Numbered from the stretch's first letter, positions 52,909 through 62,961 are shown. The stretch: DNA of 64,000 bases from Planctomycetota bacterium (GCA_965223545.1 OZ245006.1:3360001-3424000); one strand, 5' to 3'. Notes: generated by a model from the sequence alone, not told the origin. Program-made: numbers and translations.

Positions 52909-54135
52909 CTAGCGAAACACGTCGGGCACGAGCTCCTCGATCCAAGCCGCCACTTCGCGCGCCACGATGGCGTTGCCGATTTCACTGTAGTGACCTCGCT
53001 CGGCGAACAACGCCGCGCCGTGCTCCCCATACCCCGCCGCCAAAGCGGCGATCACGTCACGCCCCGCATGCACCGCGGTCAACTGAGCCAGGAACGGCGC
53101 GTACGGGACTTCGTGCCCCCGCGCGACGTCGATGATGTCGGCATCCCCCGGCAGTAACACGAACGCGAAGCGCGCACCCTCGTCCTCCGCCAGCCGCCGC
53201 AGGTCGGCGACGATCCTCAGGGTCAGCTCGGAGGCTTCGCTGCCCGGTCGCAGCGCGGTGCGACGCAGGCTCACGTGCGGCGACCTGACGGCGGCGCTGG
53301 CCGCGAGTAGGCCGAGGACCCGGCTGCGCATCCACCACGCGCGGTCCCACATGCCGGGGGCGAAGAACGACTCGAGCGAGGCGAGCTCCCACGCCGCGAA
53401 GTCGCGCGCCGCGCGCGCCACCTCGGCCGGTCGAGCGGTCGGCACGTTGCGCAGGGCCAGGCCGTCGCCGGCGAGGACGAAACGCGGTTTCGAGAACGTC
53501 ATGTCCCGCATGCCGGGCTCGCGCACCACCGGCACGACGTTGACGTTGCGGACGACGTCGGCGGGGTGCAACCCCAGCAGCACCAGTCCCGGTCGGTAGG
53601 CGCGCCCGCACTCGCGGTAGCGCAGGTAGGCCTGGTCGACTCCGTAGGCGGGCACGCCGAGGTTCAGCACCTGCACGACCCGCTCGCCCGAGCTGAGCGC
53701 GCGCTCGGTGAGCGCCGGCCACGCGTGCTCGGCACCGACTTCGGACCCGTGCGTGAACGAGTCGCCGACGGCGACCACGCGGAGAGCGCTGCCATCGGCG
53801 TCGCGCGAGTACGACCGCGAGGCCTCGGCGACCCGGACTCCGCCGGCATCGTAGAACCCCCCTTCCCTCGGGTTGCGGGCCCCCTCCCGCGGCACCCACC
53901 CACAGACGGGGTGGTAGCGGAGATAGCCCCGCTCCGGATGCGCTTCGACCCGATCGGCGAAGTCCCGCAGGGCCTCGTGCGGCGCGGGGTCCGGCGGCAA
54001 TGCGACGCCCCAAAGGGTCTCCCGCCCAGCGCTGTCGACCTCCACGCAGGCCCACGCCACCCCCTCGGCGACCGCGAACGCGGCCACCCCTCCCCCCAGC
54101 ACGCTGAGGCCGACTCGCCAGAGCAAGCGACGCAT
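52909..54135 (-). CDS. SGNH/GDSL hydrolase-like membrane-anchored protein
   Basis: 'VAVGDSFTHG', 'NLGVPAYG', C-terminal 'GHYSEIGN'. Confidence 0.8.
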   Translation of the reverse strand: MRRLLWRVGLSVLGGGVAAFAVAEGVAWACVEVDSAGRETLWGVALPPDPAPHEALRDFADRVEAHPERGYLRYHPVCGWVPREGARNPREGGFYDAGGVRVAEASRSYSRDADGSALRVVAVGDSFTHGSEVGAEHAWPALTERALSSGERVVQVLNLGVPAYGVDQAYLRYRECGRAYRPGLVLLGLHPADVVRNVNVVPVVREPGMRDMTFSKPRFVLAGDGLALRNVPTARPAEVARAARDFAAWELASLESFFAPGMWDRAWWMRSRVLGLLAASAAVRSPHVSLRRTALRPGSEASELTLRIVADLRRLAEDEGARFAFVLLPGDADIIDVARGHEVPYAPFLAQLTAVHAGRDVIAALAAGYGEHGAALFAERGHYSEIGNAIVAREVAAWIEELVPDVFR

Positions 54136-54158
54136 GGCCGCGAATCTGCCGCAGGTGC

Positions 54159-54194
54159 TTGACGCTTCCCATATGTCACTTTATGGTGACCTAT
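54159..54194 (+). promoter_or_regulatory. Promoter with palindromic operator (likely ArsR site)
   Basis: TTGACG at 54159; ATATGTCAC-tttatg-GTGACCTAT (54171-54194; arms 8/9 complementary). Confidence 0.6.
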
Positions 54195-54218
54195 ACCTTG
54201 AACCAATTGGAGGCACCC

Positions 54219-54698
54219 TTGTCATCTCCCGCCACGCAACTCGACCCTCGCGCCGCGCGCTACGACCTCGAGATCCTCATCGACGCCCCCCGCGACCACG
54301 TCTGGAGCACGCTGATCCAACGCCCCAACGACTGGTGGATCGCCGACATGCGCTGCGTCGCCGCCGACGCCACCATCGCGCTGGATGCCCAGGCCGGCGG
54401 CGCGCTGGTCGAGCGCGCCGCCGACGGCGGCGAGCTGCTGTGGGGCACGGTGCTCGCGATTCAGCCGCGGCAGTCCCTCAACCTCGCCAGCGCGATCGCG
54501 CCGCCGTTCGGCGGACCTTGCCAGACGTATCTGCTGATCGAGCTGCTGGATCAAGGCAGCGCCACCGTGGTCCGCATGACGCACTCGTTGCACGGCCACT
54601 TCGGCGACGAGACGATCCCGCAGATGAAGGACGGCTGGCGCCTGCTGCTCGAGGGCCTCAAGGCCACCGCCGAGGAACGCCCGACCGCCAATGGCTGA
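54219..54698 (+). CDS. SRPBCC/AHSA1 domain protein
   Basis: RBS GGAGG with TTG start; 'IDAPRDHVW', 'GGAL.E', 'DGW..LL..LK'. Confidence 0.85.
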   Translation: MSSPATQLDPRAARYDLEILIDAPRDHVWSTLIQRPNDWWIADMRCVAADATIALDAQAGGALVERAADGGELLWGTVLAIQPRQSLNLASAIAPPFGGPCQTYLLIELLDQGSATVVRMTHSLHGHFGDETIPQMKDGWRLLLEGLKATAEERPTANG

Positions 54699-55707
54699 CG
54701 CCGATCGCATCTGGAAGGCGCTGTCGGACCCCACGCGGCGGGCGATGCTGGATCTGCTCGCCGAGGGGCCGCGGACCACCGGCGATCTGTGCGCTCGTTT
54801 CGAGCGCGCGGGGCGCGACCGTCTCGGCCGCACCGGCGTGCTCAAGCATCTGGACCTGCTGCGCGACACGCGGCTGATCCTGACTCGCCGCGACGGCCGC
54901 GTGCGCTGGAACTCGCTCAACCCCGCGCCGATCCAGCTGGTCTGCGACCGCTGGGTCAGCCGCCACGTGCGCGGTGCCACCAGCGCGCTGCTGCGCCTCA
55001 AGCAGGCCGCCGAGGAGCGCGGTCCGGCCCGCGCGGACGCCGCGCTGCCGGTCGGCTCCGCGGTCGCGGGAGGGCCCGCCGGCAGCTTGCGCGTCAGCAC
55101 TCTGCGCGGCGAGCGCATCGCCCTGCGCCGCGTCGCGCCCGACCGCGACGCCGACGCGCTGTACGAATGCGCCCACGGCACGCCTCGGCGCGAAGCCGTC
55201 TGGACCTACATGGGCTACGGCCCCTTCGCCGACCGGTCCGCGATGCACACCTGGCTCGAGCAATGCGCGGCATCGACCGACCCGCTGTTCTTGACGGTCC
55301 ACGATCGCGGCGCACGCACGCCGATCGGCATGGCGTCGTTCTTGGCCATCGACCGCAGCCAACGCCGCGTCGAGCTCGGCCACATCTGGTACGGCCCCGG
55401 CGCGCAGCGCTCGACCGCCAATACCGAGGCGGTCTACCTCATGCTGCGCGAGGCGTTCGCGCGGCACTACCGCCGGGTCGAATGGAAGTGCGACGCGCTC
55501 AACCAGCGCTCGCGCGCCGCCGCACTGCGGCTGGGGTTCACCTTCGAAGGGCTGTTCCGCCAGCACCTGATCGTCAAGGGGCGCAACCGCGACACCGCCT
55601 GGTTCTCGATGGTCGATTCGGAATGGGAACCGGCGCGGGAAGCGTTGGAAACGTGGTTGCAGTGGAAGGACGACGACCGGCCGCCGCTGGCATCGCTGCG
55701 CGGATGA
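54691..55707 (+). CDS. ArsR-type HTH fused to RimJ/RimL-type GNAT acetyltransferase
   Basis: 'ALSDPTRR...KHL..L' followed in frame by 'ELGHIW', 'RRVEWKCDALNQRSRAAALRLGFTFEG', 'KGRNRDTAWFS'. Confidence 0.85.
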   Translation: MADADRIWKALSDPTRRAMLDLLAEGPRTTGDLCARFERAGRDRLGRTGVLKHLDLLRDTRLILTRRDGRVRWNSLNPAPIQLVCDRWVSRHVRGATSALLRLKQAAEERGPARADAALPVGSAVAGGPAGSLRVSTLRGERIALRRVAPDRDADALYECAHGTPRREAVWTYMGYGPFADRSAMHTWLEQCAASTDPLFLTVHDRGARTPIGMASFLAIDRSQRRVELGHIWYGPGAQRSTANTEAVYLMLREAFARHYRRVEWKCDALNQRSRAAALRLGFTFEGLFRQHLIVKGRNRDTAWFSMVDSEWEPAREALETWLQWKDDDRPPLASLRG

Positions 55708-55786
55708 GGCGCGGCGGGGGAGGCAGTCGGCGCCCAGTCGGCGATCCGAGGTGCCAGCGGGCTCACGAATCGGGACACTGGCGGCC

Positions 55787-56539
55787 ATGGATGAGATCTT
55801 TGGCGCGTTCGAAGTGCACGACCCCGCAGGGATCCGCGCGACGCTGGCGGCGGGCACCGATCCGCGCGCGGTGGTGAGAGGCCGTTCGTTGACGATGGCG
55901 CTCGTCGAGATGTACACGCGGTCGCCGCGTTTCGCGGAGTGCATGGCCGCGATGCTGGACGCTGGCGGAACGCTCGGGGATCCCGTGCTCGAGGCGTGCC
56001 TGCTCGACGACGACGCGGCGCTGGCAGCGCACCTCGCAGAGGACGCGCGCCACGGCGACCGGCGCTTCGACCTCGCCTGTGCCTACACCTCGCTGCGCGG
56101 CGCGAGCGCGTTGCACGTGTGTGCCGAGTACAATTCGGTGCGCTGCCTGCGCGTGCTACTGGACGCCGGCCTCGACGTCGACACACCAGCAGGAGTCGAT
56201 GCGGACGGGATCGGCGGCCACACGGCGATCTTCCACACCGTCAACAGCAACGGTGCTCATTGCCGGCCCGCCCTGGAGCTGCTGGTCGATGCCGGCGCGC
56301 GGCTCGACCTCCTGGTCCCGCGGCTGTCGTGGGGCGGCGGCTTCGAGTGGGAGACGCTGATCTTCGACGTGACCCCGGTGTCCTACGCCCAGTGCGGGCT
56401 CTATCACCAGTTCCACCGGCGCGAGGAACCGCTGTACGACAACATCGAATTCATGCTGGAGCGGCGCGAGGGGCACCGGCCTCCGCGGCGCAACGTGCCC
56501 AACCGCTACGCGCAGGACGGCGGGTATCCGCGGAACTGA
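55787..56539 (+). CDS. Ankyrin repeat protein
   Basis: 'GASALHVCAE...LLDAG', 'GHTAIFH...LLVDAGA'. Confidence 0.8.
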   Translation: MDEIFGAFEVHDPAGIRATLAAGTDPRAVVRGRSLTMALVEMYTRSPRFAECMAAMLDAGGTLGDPVLEACLLDDDAALAAHLAEDARHGDRRFDLACAYTSLRGASALHVCAEYNSVRCLRVLLDAGLDVDTPAGVDADGIGGHTAIFHTVNSNGAHCRPALELLVDAGARLDLLVPRLSWGGGFEWETLIFDVTPVSYAQCGLYHQFHRREEPLYDNIEFMLERREGHRPPRRNVPNRYAQDGGYPRN

Positions 56540-56564
56540 CGGGCGCCGAGACCGCGCGTTCTCG

Positions 56565-57764
56565 TCATCCGCCCGCGGGCAGCGGGATTAGCGGAGTGCT
56601 CGCCCGGAGCTCCGCCAACAGCACGAGCGCGTCGAAGCGAAACACCAAGGCGTGAAGCTCGGCCTGCTCGCGCCGCGCGGTCTTGTTGCTCAACGCCGGA
56701 CGCAGGGCGCGCAGGTCGATCACGCTGTCGGCGCCGTCTTCGGGCAGGGCGGCGAGCAGCCGCGCCGTCGGCGACGCCGGGTCGATGAGGTCGCGCTCCG
56801 CGCCATCGGCGGCCACCGACTTCTTGCCGAAGACGAACACGTGGAACGAGTCGCCGCCGCGGGCGACCGCCGCCTCGGCCGCGTGGTTGCCGATGTCGAG
56901 CTGATCGAACGGGCTGTAGCCGCGGCCGGCGTGGGCCGCACCGAACTTGAGCAGGACCTTGCCGGGCTCGGCGGCGAGGCGGTCGGCGAAGTGGCGCTTC
57001 ATCAGCGCGATCCGGCTGCGGTTGTTCTCGTAGTAGCGGCCACCGTGATAGTGCCCGTAGATCTCCTGGGACGCCCGCAGCTCGGCGAGCATGCGGCGGA
57101 GGGCAGCGTCTTCGTCGGCGAACGCGGCATCCAGCGCGCGCCAGGCTTCGGCGTCGGCGCGCGCCATGAAGCCCTTGGACGGGTCGCGGGTGGCCATGAA
57201 GTGCGCCAGCGCATCTTGTTCGCGGGCGCTCCAGTCACTCGCGAGCGCGCGCGCGTCTTCCGAAGCGGCGTTCGCGGCGAGATGCGAAAGGAGGAAGCCG
57301 GGCGAGCCAGTGAACTCCTGGTCCAGCCCCCACACTCCATAGTCCCCGGCAACTGCGTCGGCGAACAGCTGCGCTTCCTCCTGCCAGAACAAGAACGCGA
57401 CGGCGAACGGGTAGCTGCGGACAAAACCGACCACGCCCGCGGCACCGTCCGCGCGCGCCACGCCGACCAAGTGGTCGGTCGTGCACGGGCCGGTCTCGGT
57501 GGCAAACGAGCGGTAGCCATGCGCGCGCAGCTCGTCCAACAGCCAGCCCGTCAGCGTGCAGGTCTCGACGTTGCCGTGGCTCTCGCCGATCACGGTGAAC
57601 TCGGCCCGCGCGGCTTCTCGCAGCAGGAACTCGGCGCCCGCCGCGGACGGCGTGGACTCCCGCCACTCGAAGGGCAGCCGGCTGGCCGCGATCCGCTCGT
57701 CGAGGCTCTGCGCGGGGATGAGGGTCGTCAAACAGAGAAGGGCAAGCGAATGGCGTAGCATCAC
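56565..57764 (-). CDS. Exported hypothetical protein, EreA/ChaN-like fold suspected
   Basis: Signal peptide; 'IGESHG', 'KFGAAH', 'FDALV'; GTGA overlap with the TetR gene. Confidence 0.6.
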   Translation of the reverse strand: MMLRHSLALLCLTTLIPAQSLDERIAASRLPFEWRESTPSAAGAEFLLREAARAEFTVIGESHGNVETCTLTGWLLDELRAHGYRSFATETGPCTTDHLVGVARADGAAGVVGFVRSYPFAVAFLFWQEEAQLFADAVAGDYGVWGLDQEFTGSPGFLLSHLAANAASEDARALASDWSAREQDALAHFMATRDPSKGFMARADAEAWRALDAAFADEDAALRRMLAELRASQEIYGHYHGGRYYENNRSRIALMKRHFADRLAAEPGKVLLKFGAAHAGRGYSPFDQLDIGNHAAEAAVARGGDSFHVFVFGKKSVAADGAERDLIDPASPTARLLAALPEDGADSVIDLRALRPALSNKTARREQAELHALVFRFDALVLLAELRASTPLIPLPAGG

Positions 57765-58477
57765 GGGGTCGACTCAGGATGAGGAAGGAAGACGCGGCGG
57801 GCCACGTGCAGCACGGTCTCGCGCGCGACTGCGTCGTCGGCAAAGCGATCGTTGCGCGAGCTGTACTTGCGGCCTCGGGTGAACTCGCCGCACAGCTCGA
57901 TGACGAAGTGCGCGGCGACGCGCGCGTCGGGCGTCGCGACCAGCGCTCCCGTTTCGCATCGCGAAGCCAAATATCGCGCGAGCAACTCCACCGTCAGCCG
58001 CCGCACCCCGGCGTGATAGACGCCGGCGAGCTCCGGCCACTCGCGCGCCGACACGTCGAGCATGCAGATGGCGAGCGCGTAGTGATCCATGACGTCGTAG
58101 AGCTCGCCGATCACGGCGTCGAGCTCGGCGGCCACGGCGCCCGGAGACGCAGCGGTGGTGGCGCTGGCGCGCAGGCGCGGGGTGAAGTCGCGCCCTTCGA
58201 CGAAGTCGCGCACGTACGCGGCGAGCGCCGCCCGCGTCGGCGGCGGTCCGGCGAGCAGCTCCGCGACCGCCGCCGGCTTCTCGTGGAAGGCGTGGCGCAG
58301 CGCCGCGGCGAACAGCGCTTCCTTGCTCTTGGAGTAGCGATACAGGGTGCCCAGCGCGACGCCGGATGCCGCGGCGATGTCGAGCATCTGCGCGCGCTTG
58401 AAGCCGAACCGAGCGAACGTCGCGGCGGCGCCGGCGACGATCGAGGCAGTGCGGGTGGCTTGGCGGGTGGCGGGCAT
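57761..58477 (-). CDS. TetR/AcrR family transcriptional regulator
   Basis: 'FARFGF...DIAAASGVALGTLYRYSKSKEALF'. Confidence 0.92.
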   Translation of the reverse strand: MPATRQATRTASIVAGAAATFARFGFKRAQMLDIAAASGVALGTLYRYSKSKEALFAAALRHAFHEKPAAVAELLAGPPPTRAALAAYVRDFVEGRDFTPRLRASATTAASPGAVAAELDAVIGELYDVMDHYALAICMLDVSAREWPELAGVYHAGVRRLTVELLARYLASRCETGALVATPDARVAAHFVIELCGEFTRGRKYSSRNDRFADDAVARETVLHVARRVFLPHPESTP

Positions 58478-58486
58478 CGGCCTACT

Positions 58487-58505
58487 AGAATGAAGCGTTC
58501 ATTCT
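58487..58505. promoter_or_regulatory. TetR-type operator palindrome
   Basis: AGAATGAA-gcg-TTCATTCT perfect 8-bp arms, 9 nt upstream of the TetR ATG; TTGCCA on the minus strand at 58515-58510. Confidence 0.7.
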
Positions 58506-58624
58506 TATTTGGCAAGCCCGGTTTCTTCGAGTAGTGCTCGGGCTGCCTGTCACGGACCGCACCCGGCCTCCCATCTCCCGAGGGTCCGGCGCGCAGCGCG
58601 CCAACCAACACCGGAGACCAACCC

Positions 58625-59524
58625 GTGAAGACCCTCGTCACCGCCGTCCGCCTCTGCCTCGTCGCCGCCGTCCTGAGCGTGGCGGCACCCGCCCAGTTCT
58701 TCTACATCACCACGCCGCTGCTGTTCTCGTGGGAGATCTCAGCGCCCGCCGCGATCGTCGTGGACGCCAGCGATGGCCGGATCCTGTGGGGCAAGGCCGC
58801 GCACCAGCGCCGCGCCAACGCCAGCACGACGAAGATGGTCACCGCCCTGGTGGCGCGCGACTTCTCGCGGCTGCCGCTCGGCCATCCGGCGCGCCGGTCG
58901 TTGGGCAGCACGGTCTCGGTCGGCTGGAAGCCGCCGCTGCTCAACGTCGGCGGCGGCGGCAGCGCCAACCTCCAGTACGGCGAGCGCCTGACGCTGCACG
59001 ACGCGTTGCGCTTCTTGATGCTGCCGTCGGCGAACGACGCCGCCGTCGCGATCGCGGAGCACTGCGCGTTCACCGAGTTGCAGTTCGTCTCCCTGATGAA
59101 CCAGAAGGTGGCGCAGCTCGGGCTGACCGACACGTTCTTCGTCACGGCACACGGCGCGGAGATCTGGCCGATCACGAACGCGCACTATTCGAGTGCCTAC
59201 GACCTGGCGCAGATCGGCCGGCGCGTGCTCGCCGACCCCGTGCTGGCGGCGATCGTCGGCGCGGGATCGCTGTCGGTGAAGACGTCGCGGCAGGGCAACG
59301 TCACCATCTACGACACGAACAAGTTCGTGCTCTACCAGAGCTACAGCGGCATCGTCGGCATCAAGACCGGCACGACGCCGTCGGCGGGGCGCTGCCTGGT
59401 GTCGGCGGCGACGCGGTCGGGCCGCACCGTGATCAGCGTGGTGCTCGGCGCGAGCTCCGATGCGGCGCGCTACGCCGACGCCCGGCGGCTGATGGACCAC
59501 GGCTTCGCTTGTCTGGGGCTGTAG
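58625..59524 (+). CDS. D-alanyl-D-alanine carboxypeptidase (peptidase S11)
   Basis: SxxK 'ASTTK', SxN 'PSAND', 'IKTG'; signal peptide. Confidence 0.92.
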   Translation: MKTLVTAVRLCLVAAVLSVAAPAQFFYITTPLLFSWEISAPAAIVVDASDGRILWGKAAHQRRANASTTKMVTALVARDFSRLPLGHPARRSLGSTVSVGWKPPLLNVGGGGSANLQYGERLTLHDALRFLMLPSANDAAVAIAEHCAFTELQFVSLMNQKVAQLGLTDTFFVTAHGAEIWPITNAHYSSAYDLAQIGRRVLADPVLAAIVGAGSLSVKTSRQGNVTIYDTNKFVLYQSYSGIVGIKTGTTPSAGRCLVSAATRSGRTVISVVLGASSDAARYADARRLMDHGFACLGL

Positions 59525-59544
59525 CGCAGCGGCGGTGCGCGCGC

Positions 59545-60186
59545 TCAGGTGCGCGCCGGCTCGACGGCGTCGATTTCCATGACGCGCGCGATCCAGGCCC
59601 TGGTCGCGGCGAACTCCGGCGCCAGATCGCAGCGCTCGGCGGCGAACCGCGCGGGGCTGCCTTCGGACAAAGTCGTGGGGTCGGTCACCGCGAAGCGGAA
59701 GAACGGCGCCACGGTGAGGTCGGCGGCGTTGGGGCGGTCGCCGCCGAGATACGGTGCCTCGGAGAGAGCGCTTTCGACCCGCTGGGGCAGCTCGTTGAAG
59801 CGCGCCTGGACCCGGGCGTTGACGGCGGGATCGTCGGTGCCGGCGAGGAAGCCCTGCAGCAGCATCGCCAGCGTGGAGCCCACCTCGTCGACGGCGAACC
59901 GCTCCCAGGTCTGGATCGCGCGCTGCCCGTCGCGGGTCGCGGCAAACAGGCGCGGCTCGGGCCAGTTGGCGTCGAGGTAGCGCACGATGCCGAACGAGTC
60001 GTAGACGACGCGGTCTCCGTCGAGGAGCACCGGCGTCAGCGGCTGGCCGCTGCGGGCGATGACCTCGTCGCGATCGGCGAACCCGACTTCGATGGTGTCG
60101 AAGGCGAGGCCCTTCAGCTTCAGGGCGAGGCGCACCTTGGTGTTGTGCGGAGAGGGCGGAAGGGTCAGGAGAGTGAGCTTGGACAT
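59545..60186 (-). CDS. Glutathione S-transferase family protein
   Basis: RBS GAGGA; 'SPHNTKVRLAL', 'TPVL.DG...DS..I..YL', 'YLGGDRPNAADL'. Confidence 0.9.
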   Translation of the reverse strand: MSKLTLLTLPPSPHNTKVRLALKLKGLAFDTIEVGFADRDEVIARSGQPLTPVLLDGDRVVYDSFGIVRYLDANWPEPRLFAATRDGQRAIQTWERFAVDEVGSTLAMLLQGFLAGTDDPAVNARVQARFNELPQRVESALSEAPYLGGDRPNAADLTVAPFFRFAVTDPTTLSEGSPARFAAERCDLAPEFAATRAWIARVMEIDAVEPART

Positions 60187-60211
60187 GGTTCCTCGCGGCT
60201 TCTGCTTGTCA

Positions 60212-60254
60212 CTTGTGTTTTGCAAGCTACATGGACGGCTTGCAAAATGCAAGC
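60212..60254. promoter_or_regulatory. Two HxlR-type operator palindromes in the divergent GST/HxlR spacer
   Basis: GCTTGCA-aaa-TGCAAGC (60238-54, perfect) and CTTGtg-ttt-TGCAAG (60212-26). Confidence 0.65.
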
Positions 60255-60273
60255 GACCATCGACAATCGCCTC

Positions 60274-60690
60274 ATGTCTGCCGACCGCCGATGCCACGCG
60301 TCGGGCTGCCCGATCGCGCTGTCGCTGGACGTCTTCGGCGACCGTTGGACGCTGCTCGTGCTGCGCGACCTGTTGTTCCGCGGCAAACGGCGCTTCTCGG
60401 AGTTCGCGGCCGCCCCGGAGGCCATCGCCACCAACGTGCTCGCCGACCGCCTGCGCCGCCTCGAGCAGGACGGCGTGGTCGCGCGGCACCACGACCCCGC
60501 CGACGGCCGCCGCTGGCTCTACCGCGCCACCGAGAAGGGCGCTGACCTGATCCCGGTGCTGCTCGAGATCGTGCATTGGGGCACGGTGCACGGCGGCGGG
60601 GCGCGCGCGCCGGCGGAGTTCGCGCGGCGGCTGCGCGCCGACCGCGAGGGGTTCATCGCGGAGCTGCGCGCGCGTTGTCTGGGGGAGTAG
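60274..60690 (+). CDS. HxlR family winged-helix regulator
   Basis: 'CPIALSLDVFGDRWTLLVLRDL', 'IATNVLADRLRRL', 'Y..TEKG'. Confidence 0.92.
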   Translation: MSADRRCHASGCPIALSLDVFGDRWTLLVLRDLLFRGKRRFSEFAAAPEAIATNVLADRLRRLEQDGVVARHHDPADGRRWLYRATEKGADLIPVLLEIVHWGTVHGGGARAPAEFARRLRADREGFIAELRARCLGE

Positions 60691-60722
60691 GTGATGAATC
60701 GGAGCCTGGCTCCGTACGTTCA
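60690..60722 (-). repeat. REP-like palindromic repeat, copy 3
   Basis: ggtgatgaatcGGAGCCtGGCTCCgtacgttca fills the entire gap between two convergent stops. Confidence 0.85.
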
Positions 60723-62804
60723 GAAGTCGATGCGGGTTGCGCTGGCCGCGGACGGGTCGAGTCCAGGACCGGGAGTGAGCCCGACCGCCGCCACCGACAG
60801 GATCCAGCCGACGGCGCTGAGGGGGATCTGACCGGCGGACAAGGTCAGCTGCGATTGCGCGGAGCCGGCCGCGTCCAGCACGCCGACGAACCCCGTGGTC
60901 AGCCCCCCGCCGGCGAGGCCGGCGGCGGTCAGCGGGTCCCAGTTGATCGGCACTTGCGCGCCGAAGAGCTGGACGCCCGGTAGCGTGCCCGACACGCTCA
61001 GCAGGGTCGCGTAGGGCATCCCGGCGCGGGCCGCGGTGCCCCGCAGGCGCACCGTGAACCCACCCCCGGCGACCGCCGACAGCCGAGCGGCGTCGGGCCG
61101 CGCACTCAGCGCCGGAGCGCGCACCGGCAGTGACAGCCGCGAGGGCCGCGCCGCGGTGTGGACCACGTCGATGCGATAGCTGTCGAAGTAGGGCACGGTG
61201 TGCATGTCCGTGCGACCCGGCGGCCGCCGGTAGGTGTGGTTCTCCAGCACCAGCACCCAGCGGTGCCCCGCCGGCAGGACGTAGTGGATGCCGGTCAGGG
61301 GGACCGCCAAACGCTCGCTGGTCGCCACCCGCCCGCGCAGGGCGCGAAACCCGTCCGCCACCCAGCGGCGGGCGCCGGCCGGACTCTGATCGAACAGCAC
61401 CGCGTGCAGCTGCAGGTTGGCCGCGGTGGAGTCGATCTCCACTTCGAGCGCGGGACGGCCGGTGAGCTCGACGGCGGCCGACGCCGGCGGGCCGACGAAC
61501 TCGACTTGGTCCAGGGGGATGTCGGCGAGCACCCTGGTGGCTCGGTTGCGCGTCGCCAGCCAGTTGGACGGACCGTAGCCCGCGGGCACGTTGTGGTGGA
61601 TCGGGTCGGCCGGTTCGGCGGACGAAGGCGGTGTCGGGTCCAAGGACTGCGTCTGCCGCAGGTAGAGAACGTCGTTCCGCGTCACGCCGGTCGCCGGATA
61701 CGAGCCGAAGTGGCGCAGCTGCCAAACGCTGTCGATGTCGAGGTAGACCGACGGGTCGGCGGGCATGGTCGACAACTGAAAGCGCGGCTGTTGCGCCACC
61801 TCTTCTGGGCGGCCTTTCATGATGTGTGCGAACCAGCGCCGCTCGATCTCCTCCCACGTGGCGAGCTCCAGATGGTTCAACGGCGACCCGTGCTCGCCGG
61901 TCGAGACGTGCACCTGGCGCGGGGTCGACGCGGGCATCGAGTTGATCGCGTCGACCATCGCGTCGGTGGTCGCCCACCAGTCGTACCATGAGTTGTGCGC
62001 GAACACCGCGGTGGTCGAGTTGCGGATCAGGGTCGGGTCGGCGCGCCAGGGCGTCGCGATGAGCGCGCGCCACGCATCGAAATCCTGGGCCAGAAACGCC
62101 TGCTGCCCGGCCTGCAAGAACGCGGGCTCGAACACGATCGGCCCGGGCACGAACCACTTGAGGATCATCCGCCCCGAAAACGTCTGCAGCTGTGGCGCGA
62201 TCAGATCGGCGAAGTCCGGGTTGGCCGCGCCGGGCGAGACCAGGCGGATGGACGGAAAGTGCGTGTGCGGGCCCCGCGGTGTCACCAGCGGGTTGCCGCT
62301 CCACGCCGCGGCGGCCCACGCATGGCCCGCTCCCTGCGACGTGCCGCGCACGGCGAGCCTGCCGAAGTCGAAGATCGGCCCAAGCAGCGCCGCCGCGCGG
62401 TGCAGGATCTCGACCATGTCGCCTTTCTCGAGCCCGCCAACCATGGTGCCGCCGTCACCGGGATTGAGGGCGATGGTCTCCCCCTGGCCGCGGACGTCGT
62501 AGGCGATCGCGACGTAGCCGCGCCGCGCGAAGTCCGTCGCCGGCCGCGCCTTGCCCTTGCGGCTGTCGCCGCCGGCGGGCACGAACAGCACCGCCGGCCA
62601 TCCCCCGGGCGGCGCGGCAACTGCCGCGGGATCCGGGTATCGCAGGTCGATGCGGGTGCGGTAGCCGTCGGTGTAGGTGAAGTCGAGGTCGAGCTGTTCA
62701 ACGAGCCCGAATCCCCCGATCGGCGGCGGCGGATCCTGCGCCCTGGCCCCCCCCGGGGCGGGACCGAGAACAGCGAGGAGGGTCAGAATGAGCACGGTGC
62801 GCAT
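60720..62804 (-). CDS. Secreted CocE/NonD (peptidase S15) alpha/beta hydrolase with C-terminal module
   Basis: Signal peptide; 'YDVRGQG', nucleophile 'GTSQG', PepX_C-like 'ELTGRP...PSRLSLPV'. Confidence 0.85.
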   Translation of the reverse strand: MRTVLILTLLAVLGPAPGGARAQDPPPPIGGFGLVEQLDLDFTYTDGYRTRIDLRYPDPAAVAAPPGGWPAVLFVPAGGDSRKGKARPATDFARRGYVAIAYDVRGQGETIALNPGDGGTMVGGLEKGDMVEILHRAAALLGPIFDFGRLAVRGTSQGAGHAWAAAAWSGNPLVTPRGPHTHFPSIRLVSPGAANPDFADLIAPQLQTFSGRMILKWFVPGPIVFEPAFLQAGQQAFLAQDFDAWRALIATPWRADPTLIRNSTTAVFAHNSWYDWWATTDAMVDAINSMPASTPRQVHVSTGEHGSPLNHLELATWEEIERRWFAHIMKGRPEEVAQQPRFQLSTMPADPSVYLDIDSVWQLRHFGSYPATGVTRNDVLYLRQTQSLDPTPPSSAEPADPIHHNVPAGYGPSNWLATRNRATRVLADIPLDQVEFVGPPASAAVELTGRPALEVEIDSTAANLQLHAVLFDQSPAGARRWVADGFRALRGRVATSERLAVPLTGIHYVLPAGHRWVLVLENHTYRRPPGRTDMHTVPYFDSYRIDVVHTAARPSRLSLPVRAPALSARPDAARLSAVAGGGFTVRLRGTAARAGMPYATLLSVSGTLPGVQLFGAQVPINWDPLTAAGLAGGGLTTGFVGVLDAAGSAQSQLTLSAGQIPLSAVGWILSVAAVGLTPGPGLDPSAASATRIDF

Positions 62805-62961
62805 GCTCGTGGTTTGCCGCAGGCTCGATCGGTGTCCCATGAACTCTTCGCGGCTCGAACCGCAGGGACAAATCGCGCAGCGACGTCGTGGTTCAAGGCA
62901 AGGTGACCGACGTGGCGGGATCGGCGGTTCGAAGCGTCGATTGCCGACCGCGAAGCGAGAA

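Noticed and set aside
58534..60690. 718-aa ORF fusing upstream sequence to HxlR, and the 924-aa ORF ending in GST
   Set aside because: The extensions overlap real genes in other frames; the true starts at 60274 and 60186 flank an operator-containing spacer.
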